Shown: positions 41,270 through 57,173, counted from the first letter of the stretch. The stretch: 64,000 nucleotides of DNA from Eledone cirrhosa (GCA_964016885.1 OZ024763.1:1302001-1366000), one strand, 5' to 3'. Program-made: numbers and translations. The notes: generated by a model from the sequence alone, not told the origin.

Positions 41270-41365
41270 ATCTCAGTTCTGCTAGTGAAATATCTGATAA
41301 TGATTCAGACGACAGTGAAGGGCGCGACTTGAGTGGCTACTCATGTAGACGTTGCTTTACCACTA
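41270..41365 (+). CDS. RERE: Atrophin/RERE exon B (acidic linker + first half of GATA-like zinc finger)
   Basis: ttccag| ... |gtaagt. Reads (Y)LSSASEISDNDSDDSEGRDLSGYSCRRCFTT+1 nt. 96 nt, phase 1 to phase 1. Mostly missed by the ORF track. Confidence 0.93.
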
Positions 41366-41383
41366 GTAAGTCACCTCTATATA

Positions 41384-41441
<58 letters not shown>

Positions 41442-41637
41442 TCTCTCTCTATATATCTATACCTGTTTCTTTCTCGCTCTCTCTCTCTCTATATATATAT
41501 ATATGTTTCTCTCTCTATATATATATATCTGTTTGTTTCTCTCTTTCTTTCTTTCTTTCTCTCTCACTTTCTTTCTTTCTTTCTTTCTCTCTCACTTTCT
41601 CTCTCTCTCTCTCACTTTCTCTCTCTCTCTCTCTCTT

Positions 41638-41681
<44 letters not shown>

Positions 41682-42021
41682 AACAAATCAGACATATTTT
41701 CTATTTGTATTGTTGTGGATTACCCCCTTTGAATTACAAATTTTCTATTTATTCTTTTCTAACTTTAAAACTTTAAATGAAAAATCTTTAAATCTCAGCC
41801 CCTTATGCAACAAATCTGATATCTTAATGCCTAAACTCTGAAGCTCGTGAGAGCAGTGCTTATTCTGGTTTTCCTGGCATGAAGCACGTGAGAGTACAAG
41901 ACTCCCTCTTCCTGGACAGAATACCAGTCCATCACAGGGTTGAACTCCCAGCTATTGCTGCTGGTACTCAGTTTCAGCCGAGTATACTGGAGCAATGTGA
42001 AAAGAAGTGTTTTGCTCAAGA

Positions 42022-42918
42022 ACACAACCCAGTCCAGAAATTGAACCCACAATATTATATTGTAAGTCCAACAACCTTACCACTAGGCCACACAGTCACA
42101 CAACACACCCCCCAGTCCAGTAATTGAACCTACAATATTATGATTGTAAGTCCAACACCCTTACCACTAGGCCACACGGTCACACAACACACAACCCAGT
42201 CCAGAAATTGAACCCACAATATTATATTGTAAGTCCAACACCCTTACCACTAGGCCACACAGTCACACAACACACAACCCAGTCCAGAAATTGAACCCAC
42301 AATATTATATTGTAAGTCCAACACCCTTACCACTAGGCCACACAGTCACACAACACACAACCCAGTCCAGAAATTGAATCCACAATATTATGATTGTAAG
42401 TCCAACACCCTTACCACTAGGCCACACAACACACACCCCAGTCCAGAAATTGAATCCACAATATTATGATTGTAAGTCCAACACCCTTACCACTAGGCCA
42501 CACGGTCACACAACACACAACCCAGTCCAGAAATTGAACCCACAATATTATATTGTAAGTCCAACACCCTTACCACTAGGCCACACAGTCACACAACACA
42601 CAAGCCAGTCCAGAAATTGAACCCACAATATTATATTGTAAGTCCAACACCCTTACCACTGGGCCACACAGTCACACAACACACAACCCAGTCCAGAAAT
42701 TGAACCCACAATATTATATTGTAAGTCCAACACCCTTACCACTGGGCCACACAGTCACACAACACACAACCCAGTCCAGAAATTGAACCCACAATATTAT
42801 ATTGTAAGTCCAACACCCTTACCACTAGGCCACACAGTCACACAACACACAACCCAGTCCAGAAATTGAACCCACAATATTATATTGTAAGTCCAACACC
42901 CTTACCACTAGGCCACAC
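42022..42918 (-). repeat. About 83-bp tandem array of a SINE tRNA-like head
   Basis: About 11 units. Minus strand tggcctagtggtaaggg...gggttcaatttctgg. Contiguous with the SINE body at 41840-42021. Confidence 0.9.
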
Positions 42919-43279
42919 ACCTCCGTGAAATCTGATATCCAATCTCCTAAAAAAGAAAACTCCTTGATCGACAACATCCCAGACCTTATTTGCTTACCAA
43001 GTGTGGTGAAACTCCTCAAATAAGACCAAACAAACAATGTTTCCATTGGTCTTTCCATTGCTGATACTATCTACTGTCTACCTGTTGCAACTCCTAGCAG
43101 TATCTTGATCAAGAACATAACACATCACCCAGTCCAGGAATCGAGCTCACAACCTCATGATTGGGAAATCAATTCTCCACTGATCCACGCATTTTCACAT
43201 CAGCCAGTAAAGAGTTAGATGGTCAGGACTGGATTATCAGAGAGAACAATACTAGGTTCAAGTCTGTAGTGTCAACATG

Positions 43280-44605
43280 CCTCACAACCTGGATTGTCAA
43301 CATAATTCTCTAACCACTAAACCACGCTTCTTCATAAAAGCCAGTAAAAAGTTAGACAGGACTGGATTATTAGACAGAACAATACTAGGTTCAAGTCTGT
43401 TCAGTCAATATGTCTCACAACCTCAGGATTGAAAACCCAACACTCTAACCACTAAGCGACATGCCTTCACAACAGCCAATAAAAGGCTCAGATTGGATTA
43501 TTAGACAGAACTATACTAGGTTCATGTCTGTTCAGTCAATATGTCTCACAAGCTCAGGATTGTAAACCCAACACTCTAACCACTAAGCGACATGCCTTCA
43601 CAACAGCCAGTAAAAGGCTCAGATTGGATTATTAGACAGAACTATACTAGGTTCATGTCTGTTCAGTCAATATGTCTCACAACCTCAGGATTGCAAACCC
43701 AACACTCTAACCACTAAGTGACATGCTTTCACAACAGCCAGTAAAAGGCTCAGATTGGATTATTAGACAGAACTATACTAGGTTCATGTCTGTTCAGTCA
43801 ATATGTCTCACAACCTCAGGATTGCAAACCCAACATTCTAACCACTAAGCGACATGCTTTCACAACAGCCAGTAAAAGGCTCAGATTGGATTATTAGACA
43901 GAACTATACTAGGTTCATGTCTGTTCAGTCAATATGTCTCACAACCTCAGGATTGCAAACCCAACATTCTAACCACTAAGTGACATGCTTTCACAACAGC
44001 CAGTAAAAGGCTCAGATTGGATTATTAGACAGAACAATACTAGGTTCATGTCTGTTCAGTCAATAAGTCTCACAACCTCAGGATTGCAAACCCAACATTC
44101 TAACCACTAAGCGACATGCTTTCACAACAGCCAGTAAAAGGCTCAGATTGGATTATTAGACAGAACTATACTAGGTTCATGTCTGTTCAGTCAATATGTC
44201 TCACAACCTCAGGATTGCAAACCCAACATTCTAACCACTAAGCGACATGCTTTCACAACAGCCAGTAAAAGGCTCAGATTGGATTATTAGACAGAACTAT
44301 ACTAGGTTCATGTCTGTTCAGTCAATATGTCTCACAACCTCAGGATTGAAAACCCAACACTCTAACCACTAAGCGACATGCCTTCACAACAGCCAGTAAA
44401 AGGCTCAGATTGGATTATTAGACAGAACTATACTAGGTTCATGTCTGTTCAGTCAATAAGTCTCACAACCTCAGGATTGCAAACCCAACACTCTAACCAC
44501 TAAGTGACATGCTTTCACAACAGCCAGTAAAAGGCTCAGATTGGATTATTAGACAGAACTATACTAGGTTCATGTCTGTTCAGTCAATATGTCTCACAAC
44601 CTCAC
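43280..44605 (-). repeat. 131-bp tandem array containing a truncated SINE head
   Basis: cactctaacc marker at 43441, 43572, 43703 and onward; about 10 units. Confidence 0.92.
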
Positions 44606-44742
44606 AATGTGTGAGCCCAACTCTCTAACCACTACACTACACACCTTCACATCAGTCAGACATACTTTTTTTTGTATTTCAATGTTTATTCCAACCTCAA
44701 CTTTAAATTACAATTTTCTACATGTGGTCTCTCTCTTTGCAG

Positions 44743-44942
44743 CGTCCAAGGACTGGCACCATGCAGGCAAGGATAAAGCACTTTTGTGCACCGACTGCCG
44801 TTTGTTTTTCAAAAAGTATGGTGAAGATAGACCTGTAGTGGATAGCACCCCTGATCCTCCACCATTTCTTTTCAAGCCAGTCCAAGAAGACGAAGCCATT
44901 AACGGCAAACACAATATGCGCACAAGGCGCAGCCGAGAATCT
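44743..44942 (+). CDS. RERE: Atrophin/RERE exon C (second half of GATA-like finger, [10 protein letters not shown] and [10 protein letters not shown] motifs)
   Basis: ttgcag| ... |gtaagt. Reads (T)[30 protein letters not shown]...[30 protein letters not shown]. With exon B it gives C-x2-C-x18-C-x2-C. 200 nt, ends phase 0. Confidence 0.96.
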
Positions 44943-45018
44943 GTAAGTCACCATTTTCTATCTTATTTTCTCTGTCTTCTTCGACTTTCTGTTTTGTAAA
45001 TGTTTGTTTGTTTTAGGG

Positions 45019-45052
<34 letters not shown>

Positions 45053-45099
45053 ATATGCCATATACACCACACACCATACTTGTACATTGCTATATATAC

Positions 45100-48000
45100 A
45101 CCTTACCTATACACTGCTGTGTGACACTACATACCACACCTGTACACTACCATGTGACACTACACACCACACCTGTACACTACCATAACATTACACACCT
45201 GTACACTACACACCACACCTATACACTACCATAACACTACACACCACACCTGTACACTACCATAACATTACACACCTGTACACTGCCATAACACTACACA
45301 CCACACCTATACACTACCATAACACTACACACCACACCTGTACACTGCCATAACACTACACACCACACCTGTACACTACCATAACACTACACACCACACC
45401 TATACACTACCATAACACTACACACCACACCTGTACACTGCCATAACACTACACACCACACCTGTACACTACCATAACACTACACACCACACCTGTACAC
45501 TACCATAACACTACACACCACACCTGTACACTACCATAACACTACACACCACACCTATACACTACCATAACACTACACACCACACCTGTACACTGCCATA
45601 ACACTACACACCACACCTATACACTACCATAACACTACACACCACACCTGTACACTACCATAACACTACACACCACACCTGTACACTACCATAACACTAC
45701 ACACCACACCTGTACACTGCCATAAGACTACATACCACACCTGTACACTACCATAACACTACACCTATACACTACCATAACACTACACACCACACCTGTA
45801 CACTACCATAACACTACACACCACACCTGTACACTACCATAACACTACACACCACACCTGTACACTACCATAACACTACACACCACACCTGTACACTGCC
45901 ATAAGACTACATACCACACCTGTACACTACCATAACACTACACCTATACACTACCATAACACTACACACCACACCTGTACACTACCATAACACTACACAC
46001 CACACCTGTACACTACCATAACACTACACACCACACCTGTACACTACCATAACACTACACACCACACCTGTACACTGCCATAAGACTACACACCACACCT
46101 GTACACTACCATAACACTACACACCACACCTGTACACTGCCATAACACTACACACCACACCTGTACACTGCCATAACACTACACACCACACCTGTACACT
46201 ACCATAACACTACACACCACACCTGTACACTGCCATAACACTACACACCACACCTGTACACTACCATAACACTACACACCACACCTGTACACTGCCATAA
46301 TACTACACACCACACCTGTACACTGCCATAACACTACACACCACACCTGTACACTATACACCACACCTGTACACTATACACCACACCTGTACACTACCAT
46401 AACACTACACACCACACCTGTACACTGCCATAACACTACACACCACACCTGTACACTGCCATAACACTACACACCACACCTGTACACTACCATAACACTA
46501 CACACCACACCTGTACACTGGCATAACACTACACACCACACCTGTACACTACCATAACACTACACACCACACCTGTACACTACCATAACACTACACACCA
46601 CACCTGTACACTGCCATAACACTACACACCACACCTGTACACTGCCATAACACTACACACCACACCTGTACACTACCATAACACTACACACCACACCTGT
46701 ACACTACCATGTGACACTACACACCACACCTGTACACTACCATAACATTACACACCTGTACACTACACACCACACCTATACACTACCATAACACTACACA
46801 CCACACCTGTACACTACCATAACATTACACACCTGTACACTGCCATAACACTACACACCACACCTGTACACTGCCATAACACTACACACCACACCTGTAC
46901 ACTACCATAACACTACACACCACACCTATACACTACCATAACACTACACACCACACCTGTACACTGCCATAACACTACACACCACACCTGTACACTACCA
47001 TAACACTACACACCACACCTGTACACTGCCATAACACTACACACCACACCTGTACACTACCATAACACTACACACCACACCTATACACTACCATAACACT
47101 ACACACCACACCTGTACACTGCCATAACACTACACACCACACCTGTACACTACCATAACGCTACACACCACACCTGTACACTACCATAACACTACACACC
47201 ACACCTGTACACTACCATAACACTACACACCACACCTGTACACTACCATAACACTACACACCACACCTATACACTACCATAACACTACACACCACACCTG
47301 TACACTGCCATAACACTACACACCACACCTATACACTACCATAACACTACACACCACACCTGTACACTACCATAACACTACACACCACACCTGTACACTA
47401 CCATAACACTACACACCACACCTGTACACTGCCATAAGACTACATACCACACCTGTACACTACCATAACACTACACCTATACACTACCATAACACTACAC
47501 ACCACACCTGTACACTACCATAACACTACACACCACACCTGTACACTACCATAACACTACACACCACACCTGTACACTACCATAACACTACACACCACAC
47601 CTGTACACTGCCATAAGACTACATACCACACCTGTACACTACCATAACACTACACCTATACACTACCATAACACTACACACCACACCTGTACACTACCAT
47701 AACACTACACACCACACCTGTACACTACCATAACACTACACACCACACCTGTACACTACCATAACACTACACACCACACCTGTACACTGCCATAAGACTA
47801 CACACCACACCTGTACACTACCATAACACTACACACCACACCTGTACACTGCCATAACACTACACACCACACCTGTACACTGCCATAACACTACACACCA
47901 CACCTGTACACTACCATAACACTACACACCACACCTGTACACTGCCATAACACTACACACCACACCTGTACACTACCATAACACTACACACCACACCTGT

Positions 48001-51000
48001 ACACTGCCATAATACTACACACCACACCTGTACACTGCCATAACACTACACACCACACCTGTGCACTATACACCACACCTGTACACTATACACCACACCT
48101 GTACACTACCATAACACTACACACCACACCTGTACACTGCCATAACACTACACACCACACCTGTACACTGCCATAACACTACACACCACACCTGTACACT
48201 ACCATAACACTACACACCACACCTGTACACTGGCATAACACTACACACCACACCTGTACACTACCATAACACTACACACCACACCTGTACACTACCATAA
48301 CACTACACACCACACCTGTACACTGCCATAACACTACACACCACACCTGTACACTGCCATAACACTACACACCACACCTGTACACTACCATAACACTACA
48401 CACCACACCTGTACACTGCCATAACACTACACACCACACCTGTACACTGCCATAACACTACACACCACACCTGTACACTACCATAACACTACACACCACA
48501 CCTGTACACTGGCATAACACCACACCTGTACACTGCCATAACACTACACACCACACCTGTACACTGCCATAACACTACACACCACACCTGTACACTACCA
48601 TAACACTACACACCACACCTGTACACTGCCATAACACTACACACCACACCTGTACACTGCCATAATACTACACACCACACCTGTACACTGCCATAACACT
48701 ACACACCACACCTGTACACTGGCATAACACTACACACCACACCTGTACACTGCCATAACACTACACACCACACCTGTACACTGCCATAACACTACACACC
48801 ACACCTGTACACTACCATAACACTACACACCACACCTGTACACTGCCATAACACTACACACCACACCTGTACACTGCCATAACACTACACACCACACCTG
48901 TACACTACCATAACACTACACACCACACCTGTACACTGGCATAACACTACACACCACACCTGTACACTGCCATAACACTACACACCACACCTGTACACTG
49001 CCATAACACTACACACCACACCTGTACACTACCATAACACTACACACCACACCTGTACACTGCCATAACACTACACACCACACCTGTACACTGCCATAAC
49101 ACTACACACCACACCTGTACACTGCCATAATACTATACACCACACCTATACACTACCATAACACTACACACCACACCTGTACACTACCATAACACTACAC
49201 ACCACACCTATACACTGCCATAACACTACACACCACACCTGTACACTACCATAACACTACACACCACACCTATACACTGCCATAACACTACACACCACAC
49301 CTGTACACTACCATAACACTACACACCACACCTATACACTGCCATAACACTACACACCACACCTGTACACTGCCATAACACTACACACCACACCTGTACA
49401 CTGCCATAATACTATACACCACACCTATACACTACCATAACACTACACACCACACCTGTACACTACCATAACACTACACACCACACCTGTACACTGCCAT
49501 AACACTACACACCACACCTGTACACTGCCATAACACTACACACCACACCTGTACACTGCCATAACACTACACACCACACCTGTACACTGCCATAACACTA
49601 CACACCACACCTGTACACTGCCATAACACTACACACCACACCTGTACACTACCATAACACTACACACCACACCTGTACACTGCCATAACACTACACACCA
49701 CACCTGTACACTACCATAACACTACACACCACACCTGTACACTGCCATAACACTACACACCACACCTGTACACTGCCATAACACTACACACCACACCTGT
49801 ACACTGCCATAATACTATACACCACACCTATACACTACACACCACACCTGTACACTACCATAACACTACACACCACACCTGTACACTACCATAACACTAC
49901 ACACCACACCTGTACACTGCCATAACACTACACACCACACCTGTACACTGCCATAACACTACACACCACACCTGTACACTACCATAACACTACACACCAC
50001 ACCTGTACACTACCATAACACTACACACCACACCTGTACACTACCATAACACTACACACCACACCTGTACACTGCCATTACACTATACACCACACCTGTA
50101 CACTGCCATAACACTACACACCACACCTGTACACTGCCATAACACTACACACCACACCTGTACACTGCCATAACACTACACACCACACCTGTACACTACC
50201 ATAACACTACACACCACACCTGTACACTACACACCACACCTGTACACTACCATAACACTACACACCACACCTGTACACTACCATAACACTACACACCACA
50301 CCTGTACACTACCATAACACTACACACCACACCTGTACACTGCCATAACACTACACACCACACCTGTACACTGCCATAACACTACACACCACACCTGTAC
50401 ACTGCCATAACACTACACACCACACCTGTACACTGCCATAACACTACACACCACACCTGTACACTACCATAACACTACACACCACACCTGTACACTGCCA
50501 TAACACTACACACCACACCTGTACACTGCCATAACACTACACACCACACCTGTACACTACCATAACACTACACACCACACCTGTACACTACCATAACACT
50601 ACACACCACACCTGTACACTGCCATAACACTACACACCACACCTGTACACTGCTATAACACTACACACCACACCTGTACACTACCATAACACTACACACC
50701 ACACCTGTACACTACCATAACACTACACACCACACCTGTACACTGCCATAACACTACACACCACACCTGTACACTGCCATAACACTATACACCACACCTG
50801 TACACTGCCATAACACTACACACCACACCTGTACACTACCATAACACTACACACCACACCTGTACACTACCATAACACTATACAGCACACCTGTACACTA
50901 CCATAACACTACACACCACACCTATACCCTGCCATAATACTACACACCACACCTGTACACTACCATAATACTACACACCACACCTGTACACTACCATAAC

Positions 51001-53758
51001 ACTACACACCACACCTATACACTGCCATAATACTACACACCACACCTGTACACTACCATAACACTATACACCACACCTGTACACTACCATAACACTACAC
51101 ACCACACCTATACACTGCCATAATACTACACACCACACCTGTACACTACCATAACACTACACACCACACCTGTACACTGCCATAACACTACACCTATACA
51201 CTACCATAACACTACACACCACACCTGTACACTACCATAACACTACACACCTGTACACTACCATAACACTACACACCACACCTGTACACTGCCATAATAC
51301 TACACACCACACCTGTACACTGGCATAACACTACACACCACACCTGTACACTGCCATAACACTACACACCACACCTGTACACTACCATAACACTACACAC
51401 CACACCTGTACACTGCCATAACACTACACACCACACCTGTACACTACCATAACACTACACACCACACCTGTACACTACCATAACACTACACACCTGTACA
51501 CTACCATAACACTACACACCACACCTGTACACTGCCATAAGACTACATACCACACCTGTACACTGCCATAATACTACACACCACACCTGTACACTGGCAT
51601 AACACTACACACCACACCTGTACACTGCCATAACACTACACACCACACCTGTACACTACCATAACACTACACACCACACCTGTACACTGCCATAACACTA
51701 CACACCACACCTGTACACTGCCATAACACTACACACCACACCTGTACACTGGCATAACACTACACACCACACCTGTACACTACCATAACACTACACACCA
51801 CACCTGTACACTGCCATAACACTACACACCACACCTGTACACTACCATAACACTACACACCACACCTGTACACTACCATAACACTACACACCACACCTGT
51901 ACACTGCCATAATACTATACACCACACCTGTACACTGCCATAACACTACACACCACACCTGTACACTGCCATAACACTACACACCACACCTGTACACTGC
52001 CATAACACTACACACCACACCTGTACACTACCATAACACTACACACCACACCTGTACACTGCCATAACACTACACACCACACCTGTACACTACCATAACA
52101 CTACACACCACACCTGTACACTGCCATAATACTATACACCACACCTGTACACTGGCATAACACTACACACCACACCTGTACACTACCATAACACTACACA
52201 CCACACCTGTACACTACCATAACACTACACACCACACCTGTACACTACCATAACACTACACACCACACCTGTACACTACCATAACACTACACACCACACC
52301 TGTACACTGCCATAACACTACACACCACACCTGTACACTGCCATAACACTACACACCACACCTGTACACTGCCATAACACTACACACCACACCTGTACAC
52401 TGCCATAACACTACACACCACACCTGTACACTGCCATAACACTACACACCACACCTGTACACTGCCATAACACTACACACCACACCTATACACTACCATA
52501 ACACTACACACCACACCTGTACACTACCATAACACTACACACCACACCTGTACACTACCATAACACTACACACCACACCTGTACACTACCATAACACTAC
52601 ACACCACACCTGTACACTGCCATAACACTACACACCACACCTGTACACTACCATAACACTACACACCACACCTGTACACTACCATAACACTACACACCAC
52701 ACCTGTACACTACCATAACACTACACACCACACCTGTACACTACCATAACACTACACACCACACCTGTACACTGCCATAACACTACACACCACACCTGTA
52801 CACTACCATAACACTACACACCTGTACACTACCATAACACTACACACCACACCTATACACTACCATAACACTACACACCACACCTGTACACTGCCATAAC
52901 ACTACACACCACACCTATACACTACCATAACACTACACACCACACCTGTACACTACCATAACACTACACACCACACCTGTACACTGCCATAACACTACAC
53001 ACCACACCTATACACTACCATAACACTACACACCACACCTGTACACTACCATAACACTACACACCACACCTGTACACTGCCATAACACTACACACCACAC
53101 CTGTACACTGCCATAACACTACACACCACACCTATACACTACCATAACACTACACACCACACCTGTACACTGCCATAACACTACACACCACACCTATACA
53201 CTACCATAACACTACACACCACACCTGTACACTACCATAACACTACACACCACACCTATACACTACCATAACACTACACACCACACCTGTACACTACCAT
53301 AACACTACACACCACACCTGTACACTACCATAACACTACACACCACACCTGTACACTACCATAACACTACACACCACACCTGTACACTGCCATAACACTA
53401 CACACCACACCTGTACACTACCATAACACTACACACCACACCTGTACACTGCCATAACACTACACACCACACCTGTACACTGCCATAACACTACACACCA
53501 CACCTATACACTACCATAACACTACACACCACACCTATACACTACCATAACACTACACACCACACCTATACACTACCATAACACTACACACCACACCTGT
53601 ACACTACCATAACACTACACACCACACCTGTACACTGCCATAACACTACACACCACACCTGTACACTACCATAACACTACACACCACACCTATACACTAC
53701 CATAACACTACACACCACACCTGTACACTACCATAACACTACACACCTGTACACTGTA
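45100..53758. repeat. 31-bp minisatellite, about 8.6 kb, filling intron C-D
   Basis: Unit ctgtacact(a/g)ccataacactacacaccacac; roughly 280 copies. Confidence 0.97.
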
Positions 53759-53801
53759 CAGTGTGAGCCCTCACTAAAATGCCACCCTTTGTGTGTTTCA
53801 G

Positions 53802-53984
53802 GCTGGCAAAAGCAAGAAGAAGGACCGCCACAGCACTAGTAGTCCAGATATTGATAGTCCTCTCAACAGTTCATCTAGTTCACAAAAGATAACTGGTCGT
53901 AAATCCCCCAGTACTGTTAGTACTTGTAGTAACAGTAGTACTGACAGGGATAAGAAGACGACAACAGCAACCACAAGACTTAGG
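53802..53984 (+). CDS. RERE: Atrophin/RERE exon D (Ser/Lys-rich)
   Basis: tttcag| ... |gtgagt. 61 codons AGKSKKKDRHSTSSPD...GRKSPSTVSTCSNSS...RLR, phase 0-0. Resembles the RERE GRxSPSxxST segment. Confidence 0.88.
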
Positions 53985-54029
53985 GTGAGTAGCAAACTAC
54001 TTCATATCTTTCTCTGGGCTTCTATATAG

Positions 54030-56420
54030 CCCTAAATATTTTAGTGTATGCCATAGACATTTTAGTGTCTACGGCCCTAGATATTTTAGTGTCTACGGCC
54101 CTAGACGTTTTAGTGTCTACAGCCCTAGACATTTTAGTGTCTACAGCCCTAGACATTTTAGTGTCTACGGCCCTAGACATTTTAGTGTCTACGGCCCTAG
54201 ATATTTTACTGTCTACGGCCCTAGACATTTTAGTGTCTACGGCCCTAGATATTTTAGTGTCTACAACCCTAGACATTTTAGTGTCTACGGCCCAAGATAT
54301 TTTAGTGTCTACGGCCCTAGATATTTTACTGTCTACGGCCCAAGATATTTTACTGTCTACGGCCCTAGACATTTTACTGTCTACGGCCCTAGACATTTTA
54401 CTGTCTACGGCCCTAGACATTTTAGTGTCTACGGCCCAAGATATTTTACTGTCTACGGCCCTAGACATTTTACTGTCTACGGCCCTAGATATTTTAGTGT
54501 CTACAACCCTAGACATTTTAGTGTCTACGGCCCTAGACATTTTAGTGTCTACGGCCCTAGACATTTTACTGTCTACGGCCCTAGATATTTTAGTGTCTAC
54601 GGCCCTAGATATTTTAGTGTCTACGGCCTTAGACATTTTAGTGTCTACGGCCCTAGATATTTTAGTGTCTACGGCCTTAGACATTTTAGTGTCTACGGCC
54701 CTAGATATTTTAGTGTCTACGGCCCTAGATATTTTACTGTCTACGGCCCTAGATATTTTACTGTCTACGGCCCTAGACATTTTACTGTCTACGGCCCTAG
54801 ATATTTTAGTGTCTACGGCCCTAGATATTTTACTGTCTACGGCCCTAGACATTTTACTGTCTACGGCCCTAGATATTTTAGTGTCTACGGCCCTAGATAT
54901 TTTAGTGTCTACGGCCTTAGACATTTTACTGTCTACGGCCCTAGATATTTTACTGTCTACGGCCCTAGATATTTTACTGTCTACGGCCCTAGATATTTTA
55001 CTGTCTACGGCCCTAGACATTTTACTGTCTACGGCCCTAGACATTTTACTGTCTACGGCCCTAGACATTTTAGTGTCTACGGCCCTAGATATTTTAGTGT
55101 CTACGGCCTTAGACATTTTAGTGTCTACGGCCCTAGATATTTTACTGTCTACGGCCCTAGATATTTTAGTGTCTACAACCCTAGACATTTTAGTGTCTAC
55201 GGCCCTAGATATTTTAGTGTCTACAACCCTAGACATTTTAGTGTCTACGGCCCTAGATATTTTACTGTCTACGGCCCTAGATATTTTAGTGTCTACAACC
55301 CTAGACATTTTAGTGTCTACGGCCCTAGATATTTTAGTGTCTACGGCCCTAGACATTTTAGTGTCTACGGCCCTAGACATTTTAGTGTCTACGGCCCTAG
55401 ACATTTTAGTGTCTACGGCCCTAGACATTTTAGTGTCTACGGCCCTAGATATTTTACTGTCTACGGCCCTAGATATTTTAGTGTCTACAACCCTAGACAT
55501 TTTAGTGTCTACGGCCCTAGACATTTTAGTGTCTACGGCCCTAGATATTTTACTGTCTACGGCCCTAGATATTTTAGTGTCTACAACCCTAGATATTTTA
55601 GTGTCTACGGCCCTAGACATTTTAGTGTCTACGGCCCTAGACATTTTAGTGTCTACGGCCCTAGACATTTTAGTGTCTACGGCCCTAGACATTTTAGTGT
55701 CTACGGCCCTAGATATTTTACTGTCTACGGCCCTAGATATTTTAGTGTCTACAACCCTAGACATTTTAGTGTCTACGGCCCTAGATATTTTAGTGTCTAC
55801 GGCCCTAGACATTTTAGTGTCTACGGCCCTAGACATTTTAGTGTCTACGGCCCTAGATATTTTACTGTCTACGGCCCTAGACATTTTAGTGTCTACGGCC
55901 CTAGACATTTTAGTGTCTACGGCCCTAGATATTTTAGTGTCTACGGCCCTAGACATTTTAGTGTCTACGGCCCTAGATATTTTACTGTCTACGGCCCTAG
56001 ACATTTTAGTGTCTACGGCCCTAGACATTTTAGTGTCTACGGCCCTAGATATTTTACTGTCTACGGCCCTAGATATTTTAGTGTCTACGGCCCTAGATAT
56101 TTTAGTGTCTACGGCCCTAGATATTTTACTGTCTACGGCCCTAGACATTTTAGTGTCTACGGCCCTAGACATTTTATTGTCTACGGCCCTAGACATGTTA
56201 GTGTCTACGGCCCTAGATATTTTACTGTCTATGGCCCTAGATATTTTAGTGTCTACGGCCCTAGATATTTTAGTGTCTACGGCCCTAGACATTTTAGTGT
56301 CTACGGCTCTAGACATATTAGTGTCTACAGCCCTAGACCTTTTAGTGTCTACGGCCCTAAACATTTTATTGAATGCCTTAAATATTTTAGAGTGTACAAC
56401 ACTAAACATTTTAGTGTATA
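54030..56420. repeat. 24-bp minisatellite filling intron D-E
   Basis: Unit gtctacggccctaga(c/t)atttta(g/c)t; about 98 copies. Confidence 0.97.
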
Positions 56421-56474
56421 TTTATCAGGCTTTATTTGTCCTCCTATTTCAATGGTCTCCCTTTTTTTTTTCAG

Positions 56475-56561
56475 AAGGGCACATCAGAGAGTCCTGTTAA
56501 AAGTCGCAAAAGACAGCATCATTTGGAAACTGACAAATTTTCCAAGAAAAAGAAGCCTCAG
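56475..56561 (+). CDS. RERE: Atrophin/RERE exon E (basic, NLS-like)
   Basis: Poly-T tract cag| ... CAG|gtatgt. 29 codons KGTSESPVKSRKRQHHLETDKFSKKKKPQ, phase 0-0. Confidence 0.85.
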
Positions 56562-57173
56562 GTATGTTTCTTACACCTGAAACTTTCTCTCATTTGGGGG
56601 GTGATTGTCTCACAGACTTCATAGAGAAGACATCTTTATTTCTTGGGAATTACCTGTCTCCTTACCTATCTCTCTATACTCTTTATCATCACCTTCACCA
56701 TCACCACTGCCTTCAGCATCACCTCCACCATCAACACTGCCATCAGCATCACCTCCACCATCAACACTGCCATCAGCATCACCTCCACCATCAACACTGC
56801 CATCAGCATCACCTCCACCATCAACACTATCATTATCCTCACCATTGCCATTATCTTCATCACCACCACCACTACCATCATCATCACCATCACCACTGTC
56901 ATCATCATCACATACACTACTGTCATCACCACTACCACTACACCACTACCATCACTTCACTTCACCACTACCACTACACCACCACCATCACTTCACTTCA
57001 CCACTACCACCACCACTACTACTACCACCACTACCACCACTACACCTCTACCACCACCACTACCACTACACCACTACCACCACCACTACCACCACCACTA
57101 CACCACCACCACTACACCACCACCACCACTACACCACTACCACCACCACTAACATCTCTATTCCTCACCCCAG

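Noticed and set aside
54022-56500. 795-aa and 818-aa ORFs on opposite strands
   Set aside because: Translations of a 24-bp tandem repeat lying between well-defined exons D and E; no unique coding content.
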